A DNA stretch of 54,718 bases, counting the filler, from Sphacelaria rigidula (Eukaryota): the NCBI GenBank assembly GCA_964200075.2. It is 4 parts of 4 records of this genome, joined end to end, with 100 filler letters (N's around TTAATTAATTAA, not from the genome) between each part and the next. Parts side by side here need not be neighbours in the genome. Positions count along the whole stretch, not along the records: positions 13,706 to 27,310 come from CAXNAA020002769.1; positions 27,411 to 41,014 come from CAXNAA020002770.1; 2 more parts are not named here. The stretch is one strand, 5' to 3'. Of this stretch, positions 24,368 through 36,600 are shown in pieces (within the stretch, counting starts at the first letter, position 1; each line of letters starts with the position of its first letter). The notes under the pieces are model-generated. The model was not told the origin of the DNA and ran no database searches. It saw only the letters and a list, made by a program, of their open reading frames with translations. The position numbers and the translations under genes were made by a program.

Positions 24368-27248
24368 TATATCTGACGGGAATCCACAAGGTGCGCGAGT
24401 ACTGATGCAATCCGCGACACCAAATGCGAGGCGTGTGCCGGGGTGGATTGATTCCTTGATACCTCGCGGGACACATTCCTAGGGAGGGAGAGAGGGAGAG
24501 AGGGGGTAAAAGGTGTGAGGGGAAATACATGTAAATACTGATACCGTAGGGACGTCGTCAAGGAGCGCATTTTATTCTAATAACGTCTTGAAGAAAGAAC
24601 GTTGCGCAACTTTTCGAAGAACAGTTGGGAAGTTGAGTGCTCTGGTATTTAGGAAAGATGGAAAACACTCGCTTCAAAAACGGTCCGTCCTTCGAAGGAC
24701 ACATTTAATGCAAACTCAAAACTGAATGCTGTCACCCCCTCAACGCACCCTTTCATTTTTTTGCAGCAGAAGCACGCGTCTTGTGTACAGATAGAAGCAT
24801 TGGTGAACGGATATATCTGGACAAGGAGCTGCAACAAGCGGCTGGATACTACCCACACCCCTCGGAGTGTAGAAAGTCGGTTTGGAGGGGCGGGGGGGCT
24901 AGGTTGGCCGGGTGGTAGGCAGGTGCCAATATCCAGCTCCCTGAGCCTATTACAGTATGTCGAACAAACGAAATCACTGGCTTATACAGTAGTTGTACGA
25001 ACGTACTAAAAATATGGCTAGACTTTAGGGTAGTTCAAACTTACACAAGTTCGGTGTCGTAAAAAGTGAGTCAGTGTGGTCGCGTAAAATATACGCTGAC
25101 TTCATAATACAGGGAATATTTGTACAAAATGATGCAAAAATAATATGTAGGCCAAGTGAGTGTAGACTGGTTTTTATTCCTATTCACTCCTATGCCAAAA
25201 CTATTTCCGACTTCACCGGTACAATGGTACTCGTATTCATGGGTTCATAACCTTCTCGAAAAATAGCTCTACCTCTACTTTATGACTTCGCCAACGCCCT
25301 CCCAAGGAGACTTATGACCACTATTCTTGTATAGCTCTTAACTATAGGAGCCCCTCAATGAGAATTATCTGGGTCCAAATGTGGAAGCCGTACCGGGTCA
25401 TGGATCAGTCGAGGATGATTAATTGAGTATGTGGCCAGAAAGGTACATCAAACTTACGTGGAATTCCTGTTGTTCGGGGGGAAATCGTTTAGATCGACGT
25501 AGTATGTTATTTGGTACCAGTGACGGGGCATGTCATGAGTGATGACGTGCGGAATTATGGGTCCGACGAATCATCACGCTGATCCCACCCTGCCCCTCAT
25601 CATTTCGACCCATCTCCAGCAAAAACAACCAACTTGTACGGTAGATATAATGAAAGCTACGCAACAGAGTTTTGAGCCACTTCTACTCAGGTTTCTGGCA
25701 GCACACGTGCCGTCGGGTGATCCGGTCTCCACTGAACCGGACGCACTTGTGGGTCAACACCACCCTCCTCTCTGGCTGAACCATATAGCGCTATTTGTTC
25801 TACAACTCAATGCTATATTCTAAAAGTGCTCCTCAATTGGGCCGAGCTTGAGTCACAAGGCAACACGTCATAATAAGTATCACCTGATTTGTAGTCTGAG
25901 GAAAAGAGGGGTCTGTCAAAGCTGCTCGGAAGTCGTAGGATACTGTCACAAAACCGTTTCTTGGTGCGGAAACAGTAACAAATGGCTAGAAATTTCGGAA
26001 GCTGAATCTCGACGATTGTTCATCAGAGATATAGGGGTTTGTGAGATGGAGCGAAATATCAAAGAGCCAGAGCCTGGCTCGGGCTGTGTACGTGCAGCAC
26101 ACCGGCGTCCGCTTATAGCCCCGTGAGTCGCTCGAAAATCGGTCGCAGAAATGATTTTCCCGTCTGAATTTGATTCGGGTACCGATATCTCTGAATTTCC
26201 AGATATTGGTATCAAAAGTTCATCATGATAAATCATAGCAACTAAAGAAGTTTATCACTACACACTACTTGCAGAGACGGAAGGGTGAATATGTTGGCAA
26301 AAACAAACGTCAGGATTCCTGAGTGGTGAGGATTCCTTGACCGACGGCTGACGTCAGCCGAGTTCCTTTTGGAGCGAGGTACTTTCGGACATGGATTGCA
26401 CGCAGAATCTGCGCATTACAGTACTCGTAAACAATTCGGAGCTGTGTTCTCACATCTGACGTGAACGATATGTACCTGTCCACCGACGAGCAGGTTTGCG
26501 CCGGTGACCGTTCGCTCCAGAGAAAAAGTGCTTTGCTCGCAAATCTGGCTCAGGCACAGCAGGGTACACCTTTCGGAACACCATACGGCAGCGTGGCGTA
26601 CGTTCGGGGGAAAACATGTCTCGGGACATTACTAGGGAGCAGGGAGAATCGTCGTGTAGCTTTCCCGTACTGTTGGCATGAAAAATCCTCGTGCATGCTT
26701 TGACATGCGCCGCCGAGTTCATCGTTCGAGGGACTGAGTGATGGCAGGGTTTGAACAGGAAAAAATGCAGGTCGTTCACTCAACTGTAGATTGCAACATG
26801 GGCATCGCGTGCCATTCGCCCCCTCGTGCCATCACAACACATGCCACATGCTGTGTTGTGCAAGACATCACACAGCACGATGCTCCCGATATACATTAGC
26901 CACATGAAAGCCCAATGTGCCAAGTAGACAAGAACAACAAAAAAAGCGTCAGGTAACGATGGAATGTAGTTATAGTATAGGTACCAAGAAGAAAATTAAG
27001 GGAAAGCAGTAGGCTTCTGTCGCATCACATTCAATGAGTAGGCCGCACAACTGATACAAAACGACACAAAGTGAGGTACTGAAAAAATGTTGCGACTCAG
27101 CTTATCCGGGGTCAATCAGCACATAGTTCGTGATCCACGTTTCGGCGTGAAGTCAGGTAGGAAGTACGCGCAGCCTACCTCGCAGTGATGCTGTCGTCTT
27201 TTCACCCTACGTGAGTGAATGGTGCTACAGTGGTGCCCGTGCACTGGA

Positions 27249-27249
<1 letters not shown>

Positions 27250-27310
<61 letters not shown>
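27250..27310. repeat. (TTA)n microsatellite at the end of piece B
   Basis: About 20 TTA units running into the linker. Confidence 0.95.
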
Positions 27311-27410
27311 NNNNNNNNNNNNNNNNNNNNNNNNNNNNNNNNNNNNNNNNNNNNTTAATTAATTAANNNNNNNNNNNNNNNNNNNNNNNNNNNNNNNNNN
27401 NNNNNNNNNN
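27311..27410. other. Artificial contig linker (N44-TTAATTAATTAA-N44)
   Basis: Same 100-nt cassette; the preceding piece ends in a (TTA)n run. Confidence 0.97.
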
Positions 27411-27636
27411 TGGGTAGGTCGCACGGAGACTTATTTTTTATTATTTCACCACCACAGGGTCAACCCTGTGTTAGTGGGGGTCCGGTCCCAAAAGGGTTGA
27501 TCACGCTTGAAATCCGATGGCTTTTTCGCAGGACATCTCGGATCTCCTTCAGTATCACCACGCCATGAAAGACATTCATTATTCAAATGCTCCTCTAATA
27601 TACATTGGCGCCCAGCCGGATTCAGTTCATGCTTGC

Positions 27637-30600
27637 CTGGGCATTGTTCAGGAGAGAGCGTCTGACTCTGGTCCGTTCTCCCTCGAGCGCTCTCACTGAA
27701 TCCTGGCGTACGCTCTTGGCCTTGAGAATTTCCTTCCGTAGAGATCGGATCATTCCCATGAGCAAATGGCGCCTGTATCAGGCGGCGCGTTCGAAAGCGG
27801 GAATGGGAAACGACGGTCGAGTACTCGAGGTAGTTCTTGCGTGAGACCTGTAAAATAATCTCCACACAATGGATTTCACACGGTTGGGGTACTCAGTTGG
27901 TCATCTGATGTGTATGGAATCAGAGATAGGATCTGGAAGTGGCGTGGTGGGGCATTGTGCGAGGCGGCGCCGTAGAAAATTCGGGGATTCAGCACACTCG
28001 GACGATTCGTTGGAGGCGAGCTGCGCTCTTAGTGGTTCATTGCTGACAGGTCACGAGTGAGGTAACGCGGGAGAAGTACAGGAACGGGGCTCCACCGCCA
28101 ACTGCGAAGCATTCATCACTGTTATGGGTAGAAATGGGGGCCCTAACGACCAAAAATCGACAAAAGATTTGAAATAAAAGATAACGCGGAGGAATAATGA
28201 ACACGTCAGTAGGTGGTCGGACCTGTCCCGAGGCCCTCACGAACAGAACACATGCTTCATCACTCATTTACTTGGTCTAGTATAGGAAACCTGCAGCACT
28301 GGAGATCGCTCGGTTCTCGACACAGGAAGCAAACCGACCCACGGAACTTGACAGCCCCCCGCATACACACAGGATCAGGGGGACCTAGTCTGATGTTTTG
28401 CTGGCTTCGCGTCAGCGGCCCGAACACCCCCCCCCCCCCCCCGAGCGGAAAACATCTTATTGTAGTACATTTGGGTTATTTGCGAGCCAGTATCACGCTC
28501 AAAGGCGAAAAACAAACTAGGCGACGTAGCTTGGGTGTGTGGGAAGCGCACGCAAGAATCCGCATTCCAATCCCCCGCTTCGGTGCCGAGTTGTAAGCGT
28601 TGCGCGATGGGCACTTTCGGGTTCAAGATTAGTAGCGTCTTTCGAGGTCGAAGACGGCAAATTTTAAAAAAATCGCTGCTCATACTTATTTTCCTGCCGC
28701 AAGCAAGTTCTGACAACATGAACTTTGGTTGCGTGCCCCAAGGCGCTGCTTTGTTCCGTGTGGCTGTGCACGAAGGGCAATTTCGCCTTTCAACGGCGAG
28801 TATCCTTTCAAGTGTCGAATTACAGAGGAAGGGTTGATAGAAGAAGGACAAAGCTGGTAGCTGCTTCGTGTCAGGGCTCCAGTGCAGAAGCCAAGACGTC
28901 GAGAACGATGTTAGTATGTGCGTTACATCTGCTGGCGACTGCGGTCATGTATGTAGTAATTGTCTGTATATATGCTATTAATAGTGTCAAAACGACATGC
29001 AAAGTATGCGATGTACGACCAGCTTCGTTTTGGGCTGCGTGTTTTTATTGTTGCGGCGAGCAGTGTGTGACGGATGGCATTTCAGTTTATGCCATGCCAC
29101 CAGGTGCTGCTTCACTCTGTACGGCTGTGCACAAAGGGCAAATTCGCCTTTCAACAGCGAGTACTCTTCATGTATTGAGTCGCAGAGAGCGAGATCACAC
29201 ATGAACTTCGGCTGTTGTGTCAGAGGGTACCAGCGGAGAAGCCAAGGCGCGAAGAGTGATTTTGATTTCAGACTGCGCATCATGTATGCCCACGTCGGCA
29301 GAGCCATCATGTTTCAAGTGACTGCCTGTACATACTGAAAATAGGGGGAAAATGACGTCGAAGATGTTGATCTGGACAGGGAGAACCAGGCCGTGCCCAA
29401 GCGACTGACAATATGGGATTCCTTCCACTCATGCCATGCCCCTGATCCCATGGGGCCCATGAGAAATTCAATCTCCAATCCCGCAGTCATAGCTGTGTGT
29501 AGGACATTCAGCGCGTAGCCAATCCGCTCAGCGTGAACCTCTTGATCGTCAACATGATCAGCATCGTTCTCAGTAGTTTTCGCATGCGTAACGCTGCTGC
29601 TCATGATCTCCAAATTTCCGTACTTTCTCGTTCTGGCACCATGTCAGGCACGCCTTCCACTGCAGTTACGTTGGTGTGAAGCGGTCACAACAGCTGCTGT
29701 TCGTGCTCTTGTCATATTATCTTCGCAATGATGGTAAACGTGGGGTGGCAGCTCGGGGGCGTGTGCTTCCCGAGTGGTACAAGCAGAAGCATGACACTAG
29801 CTAGTGCAACAGGATTGTCCATCTACTGCTGTGGAGCAAGCTTCTTCCGGAGGAAGAAAATCACCTCAACACCGACCACTCCCAGGCTTGAATAAATGTA
29901 TTAGAAATGACTAATGCCGAGATAGCCCCCCTACAAAAAGTGCACCGAAGACCGTCCGGCAAACCGGCTGCGATTCCACTGTTGGACTCGTTTACAGCAA
30001 CTTCGCCCACATGAGAGGCGTGTAGCAGTGCGAAACCAGCTATGACGCCCAAATGAGTCACGCCGGGCAGCAAGAAACCAGCTCTAACGGCATTTATGAG
30101 TATCGCCCCCGGGCACTTTTTTGGCCGATTTGGGGGGGGGGCTATCTCGGCAGCAGTCAAATACAGCTCATTTCTCATGAGCCAAATCATCATTTTGGGT
30201 GACGCGTGTATTTTCCATTGATACGATTCGTTGGATTACGGGCCACTTCTGACGCATGTAGCGTTCAGCTTGCACTTTCCATGAATATAGTACCCGAAAT
30301 CGGCCCCCATTCCTACCCATAACTGTGACGTGTGGTGATAGATCAAGGAAACAACACGGCAGCTAAAAAGATATGAGCGTAAACTACAAATACAACAACT
30401 GCAACCAGCACAATAGAGACAATGCAAGAGAGAAAAAATCACAGATTTGATCCCGCCATGGCGAGCTTACCTTTCCGGAGGGCATCTGTCACCGCCGGTT
30501 TCCCGCAGCTCTCGGTTATGCTGGTCGATGGATGAGTATGCCTTGTCAAGTGCCGCATTTGCATCTTTCAGCAGTATGCTCTTGGGGTGCAGCTTGACAC

Positions 30601-33600
30601 TGGATGGGCACACAGCCACACATGCGCACATCACAACAAAAGCGCACGAGCCGAAACAACAACGAGACGCGATTGCCTCTATTTCGCCGGGTCGAAGTTC
30701 AGAACTTCACATGCTACCTACCGCCCGACCATCCGGGATCCCCCGGTCGGGTCGGAAAGATGCAACCGTATGATATATACCGGCAACACGGCCGCGCTGT
30801 GTCTTGTGATGTCCTAGATCAAATATCCAAACCAGGTTGAAATGTCAAAATTACACATTTCGATGTCTTGGGACGCTGTACACTTTCAGAGACGAGTTCA
30901 CCTTGTGAACCGGGTCCGTACGAGACGATAACGCGGTTATACGGTGCGAAGGAACATGCGTTCATCGCGATCACCACTCCCTTCCATGCGTGCACCGCTG
31001 CAAAGAAAAAAGCGAGGACGAGGATACATGGAGTGGATAACCCACGGCGATGAATAAAACACTCGCAAAACGAAGCACCACCGTCCCGGACACGCTGATT
31101 TCACTCCTTGCCCCTTCCTCAACCCACTCCAACACAAAACAGAGGTGGTCTTCGTCGATGGCCCGCGCTGCCACTGGGCTCCAGGCGAGGTTTGCGTGCT
31201 ACGCCCATACAGCGAAGCCACTCACCGCTCTTCCACCTGGACATTGAGCGTTACAGGAATCACACGAGCTGCAGCGCCCGACGACGGAGTCCCGACTCGA
31301 AGTACCCGGGGGGCAACATGTTTTCCGCGCTGGTCCCAAACCCCGCCAACAGGATCCGCCAGCCGTTGTGTCAACTCGTCCACGGCACCATTACTAGGAG
31401 CACATACTAGCACCTGATGTGTGCGTTAGTGAATTGCGGGAAGCACACGAAGGAATATCGCATAGCAGTCCCCCTCACCATGTCCCGAGGCACCAATCGA
31501 CAACTGGTGATGACCGGTAATTCCTACGCAAGCGCTGAAAACGTGCAGTAGTCCTCAGGAGAGTCAAGCACCAAATCTCCTACCAGGAATTACCCTGGAG
31601 GCCTCGAACACGACGTCCGGATTCTTCTCGACAGAGACAAATCAAAACCTTGCCAACCATGATATTTTGAACAGAGCGCTTTATCCTCACCCTCTGGTGC
31701 ATTTTTGCGGCGGCCAGTCGCGCTGCACCTCCCGGTCGCTTTTGCCTCGACGAGACTTCCAAAGTCATGCCGCGCCCGCCACTGCCACCATCACCGGTCA
31801 CTACTCCTGCCCCCAAGCCCGAGGCCTTTTCCTTCTCCCGCCCAAGGATGACGCTCACCACGCCTAGGACCGTTCGGGTTTTGCCCGTCCCGGGCGGACC
31901 TTGAAGCAATACCACCCCGCCGTCCGCCATGCCAGCGCGCGTGAACTCGCCGACACCACCCAACCTCTTTACGCCGCTGCCTCCGCCCCCAGTTGAGGTG
32001 TTCCTGGAGGCTTTTCGCTCTGCCGATGGTGACGCATCCGGGTTTTTCGAGGGTGTCAAGGTTGGGCCTTCTGCGCGCTCGCGGCCGCAAACACGGTCTC
32101 GTTCCCGTTCGCGCTCGCGCTCTAATGCGGTCTCTCGTGCCGTCGCGGCCGCCGCCCACACGGCCCTCAACTGGGATGGGTTAAACTCCTTCGACAGGCG
32201 TTGCCACAGCGGTAAGGGTACGAGATGAGGCTTTTCCGGCGGCGGTAGCGGCGGCGGGGCCGGGGACGGGGACGTGGGAGACATCGGGACCGGCGACCGC
32301 ATCCCCCTATCTTTTTTCTGCTCGTCCCTGTTCTCCTTTCGTGCCGAGCTGCGACTTCCAGCTCTCTTACCGTCGCCGCCCTTTCGTTTGAGTTCCGAGC
32401 CTCCGGGTGAGTCTTTTTGTATGGTGGATTTACCGGGTGTTCTCTCTACCGCAGGCGAACCGATCGAGTCAGTTATGGACATACTGGAGTTATCCGAGTT
32501 TTCATTCGCAACAAACCGCCAGCATTTCAGCAGACGGCCAGCGGCTGTGCGCACCTCGGGGCTCCAGCGGGGGCTTCTGGGGGTCTTCTCGGGCTTCGCA
32601 GAAAGCTTTTGAAGGCGCTTCGCAGTGCTTCGCCCGAAGGAATGCAACAGAGAGGGTGTCACTCTTTTCCGGTGTTGGGTATGCGGACATGAAGCGTCGT
32701 TCGGTCGAACAGTTATTTTCGCATCCCCCGTGGTTTACCCCGCAATCCGTCGTCGCGCCAACGCGATGTTGGAGCCATGACACATGTATTCAGAGGAGCC
32801 AATGGGGAAAGAACAAACAAAACATGAATAAGGTTGGACCACGTGAAGCACTGATCGTCAACTCCTATCGCGTGAGAGGCATTACGTTTCTCATTCAGGT
32901 CTGTTAGAAGTTCCGATGACTCGCGTGGGAAACTCGACAGGTTTGCCGCAACATCGAGGACACACTCTCAACAGCTGCAGGCGAACGTGACGGCGACAGC
33001 AGTGCATCCCGCCGGAAAGATAGCGGTGGCCTCTCGACTGTTTCCACAGTCATCATAGGCTCTTATACAAACTCGCGAGCATGCGCTAGCATCGCAAGCA
33101 TCAGCGCACTCGCAATGGGCAAACACGTCTTTGTCCCTCAACCCACCTCTCCACTCCCTTCGATGACCGCCGTGTAGTATCTTACAAACATGACGAGAGA
33201 AACACGCGGACGCAGGTAGCTAAGAACGATAGGTGTGCCGCCGCACGTGAGAGCGCATGGCACTAATTCGCAGATCAACCGGTAACCTCGTCTACGTAAG
33301 GCGCGAAACGCTCCGCAAACAATGCGCACATGGCCGTGTCTTACGCCCGATTACGGCCCATACTATCCTAGCAACCTGCGACGGGTAGATCAGGGTGCAG
33401 GACGATAAACATATCAATAGTCAACTAGGTAAGACTAGAATTGACAAATAAGGCTTTAGTTTCGCCAAACATTCCTACAACTATTTTACCGTGTGGTAAT
33501 TTTTCGCATTACGTCAACCGCATCCGCTAGCGACCAGCGTGGGACAGGCTTTCGGTTGCTGGTGGGCCAAAGTTGGGCTCGACTGAACTAGCGTTGTTTT

Positions 33601-36600
33601 GTGTCTTATAAAGAATCACGTCCGCATGTAAGAGCATACCTGAAACTGGCAAGCGACTGTATCGCCCGTAGCAGCACGTCCATCGACGCAGTAAGCATAC
33701 CGCCTCGTCCCTGTCGATCACCACTGCTAGCCCCCAGAAATACCAAGGACGTCGTGGCCCCCTTGCCATCCCCATCCCTGTCGCTGCAGCTCCGACAGAG
33801 TCCCTCTGCAGCGGCTAATCGCTTGCAGGCATCAACAAACGAAGCTTCGTCGACAGGATAAGCTGGCCCTAGCACAGGCCTCAAGGGCCGTGCGGACTGT
33901 GATTGCTGTGAACGCGGTGGGGGTTGAGGGAGCGGCTCGAGCATGGGCTCGGAAGTCGCCTGCAGTATATGATCTTTGAGACATACGCTGGATATCCCTT
34001 CCAGCGCGACGAACTCACGCGTGCATGTGTTCAGTCCCTCCAGCCGAACCACCCGTACCTGGGGATGGAAGACGCGGGGAGGCGGGGATGCGGAATGTAG
34101 GGTTTACAAAATCGCGTTCATGGTCGCGACGCAGCAGTAGCCTGCAGCCTGGTGCATTCCTGGATACAACAGGGGCCGACAAGTGCTGATGCAGACGTGG
34201 TGATTGGCTGTGCACTTCCCGGTACTGTAAACAAAAAAAGCACCATTCATTGATGGAGTACCGATCTCACGCCAAGGAGGGTGCACTCGCTGATCCCACA
34301 CAAAACCGTCCACGGACACAATCCTGCCTTCTACCAGAGCGCTCAAAATCCCGACCACAAGCTCGCGTACGATTGGGGCGTCACGCGCAAAGAAGCGATT
34401 TCAGATCAAGCGCCACAACGAGGCTCCGAGGTGGCCGGCATGAGCCACGACTGAAAATTTCACCAGACACGCTTTTTGAAGTACCCGGGCGCACAACCAA
34501 CCGCGGTACGAGAAATCGTAGTATGAGGATCGCACCAAGCAGCCGTGTGCCGAACCCTCCGCATCGCGAAACGCCTCCAGGATGCGAGCTGCGGGTCCGA
34601 GGCCGAGTACACGTTCCCCGCCACCGCCGCGTCGCGGCACCGTGTTCTTCTTCGGCAGAACCCCTTCACCGATGCCATCCTTCTTTCTGCCGTCGTCAGT
34701 CGACGGGAAAAACACCTTCACCTGCGACGACCCGATCGGGTCAGTTGGAGGAAGTGAGAGTATCGTTCGTTCTTACTGTTACGTTTTCTGCTTTTGAAAA
34801 CAAACGGCAGCGAGGTTGTCGTCTACTCCCTGTGAGCTGCCCACATACGTACGCTGCTGGTGTGAAGACGGGGTGCTGCGACACCTGATGATGCCCAACG
34901 ATTGGTTGCCAAAAGACACTGTGTGGTCAGAGCAAGTGAATCACAACGAGCGACCCCAGATATCATTTTTGCAGTTGCGAGCGTCATGAGGTTGATTCTC
35001 GAGGGAAAACGCTCAACCGATGTAACATGAGCTTCGGAAGTAGTACCGTTCGCGCGGTATTGACGCTCGGAGAGCTAGCTGGAAAAAAACGGAAACTCCA
35101 CTGCTCTAGCTCCTCGCTGAAGTTTCAGAAGTTGAACGACTCGGAATCGAGTGTGAACGTTAGCGTTGAAGATTTGGTCATGTAGCACCATTGGCAGCGA
35201 GATTCATAGGCATCATCTTATCCTGAAAATCTCATCAAACTAACAAGGCTGGGACTTCTACACCAAGATACTGAATTTTACCCAAAATTGGCGAAACTCC
35301 TCCGAGAGACGCGCGACACGCGCTACAGACAGTATACGGCGAACAGCTAGACATGCCTAGACCCAATTTAATGTTTGTTTTCGTTTCTATTTTCGTTTCA
35401 ACAATTTTGTTCTGCCGCCACCTGTCCACGACGGCATTTTCGGCGAGAAATCGCGTGATTGCGACCACCACGTCTGTAGCAGGCACACCGTGGTTCTCGA
35501 ACAGGATCTATACTAGACACCTCTCCTCCTGTGCGTACCCGGATTGACGGTGGCCGTTGTCCCGCGTTCCCAGCCCCCCCACTCCCCACCCCTCGCGGGT
35601 CCTTCTCGAATATGCCAAGGCAAGCGGGCGTGTCCATCCCGCTGCTTGACCCGTCAACGTTTCCGTGCTCGTCGACCAGCGACAACAGAAGGACGTCTTC
35701 ATTGTAGTACCTTAAGGACAGGTTTGCGGACGGAGTACAGCCGGGACGTGGGGAATCGAGTACAAACATGCGAAGGCAGACCTATACACCGAATACAACA
35801 ACGCGAAAGTGCACGCCACCGCGTTTGGAGTTCAGGGTGGGTTTACATCGGTGCCTTGTGATTCTCATCCGGCCGAGGTCTGCCTCATCACCGGCGACAG
35901 CCAGCTATCTTCCGCAGCGCTTCACTCCACCAATAATTGTCAAGGTCAGCGAGAGAGCCTCGAGTGATTGCTTCATCGTTCAGACAAAAAAAAAAAAAAA
36001 TCCCACGTTTTATAAAGGACCACAAGGGAACGTGAGTTACTTTCTCATCTCAACAACAAGAGCATGAAGATCATCCCGCGTTTTTTCGAGTACCAAAAGG
36101 AAACGTGAGCTGTTTTCCCATCTCAACACCAAGATCATCAGGATCGAGTTTCTCTCTGCCCTTGAACAGCTGTCACTTACCCACACGAGGCCCCCAAATT
36201 GCCTCGGCCGCCACCACCACGTCCATCCCCACGGTCGTCCTCGGCAACCATCGACACGTGGCTGAAGCCAGCTTCTGCGCCTTCTTCAAAGGACGTCACA
36301 CGGAGACGTACTGGGCCCGTCGGCGCTTTTCTGCCTATCGTGGCGTAACGGCCACCGGTTGCGCAGTGCGAAAAAAGAAAGCACGGGGAACGATAATTGG
36401 CGTTGACTCTCATGACACACAGTCCGGAGGGTTGGACCAGGTACCAGATACAGACAATTGAGCGCCAGATAAAGAGACCCGTCAACGGAAAGTTTGCGTT
36501 TCACATCCGTAACATTTGTTGCTCTTCCTTACTCTCAACCAAGAGTTCAAATGAGCCAATCATGAATCGGAGCGAATAAACTTGTTACACGCACACACGC

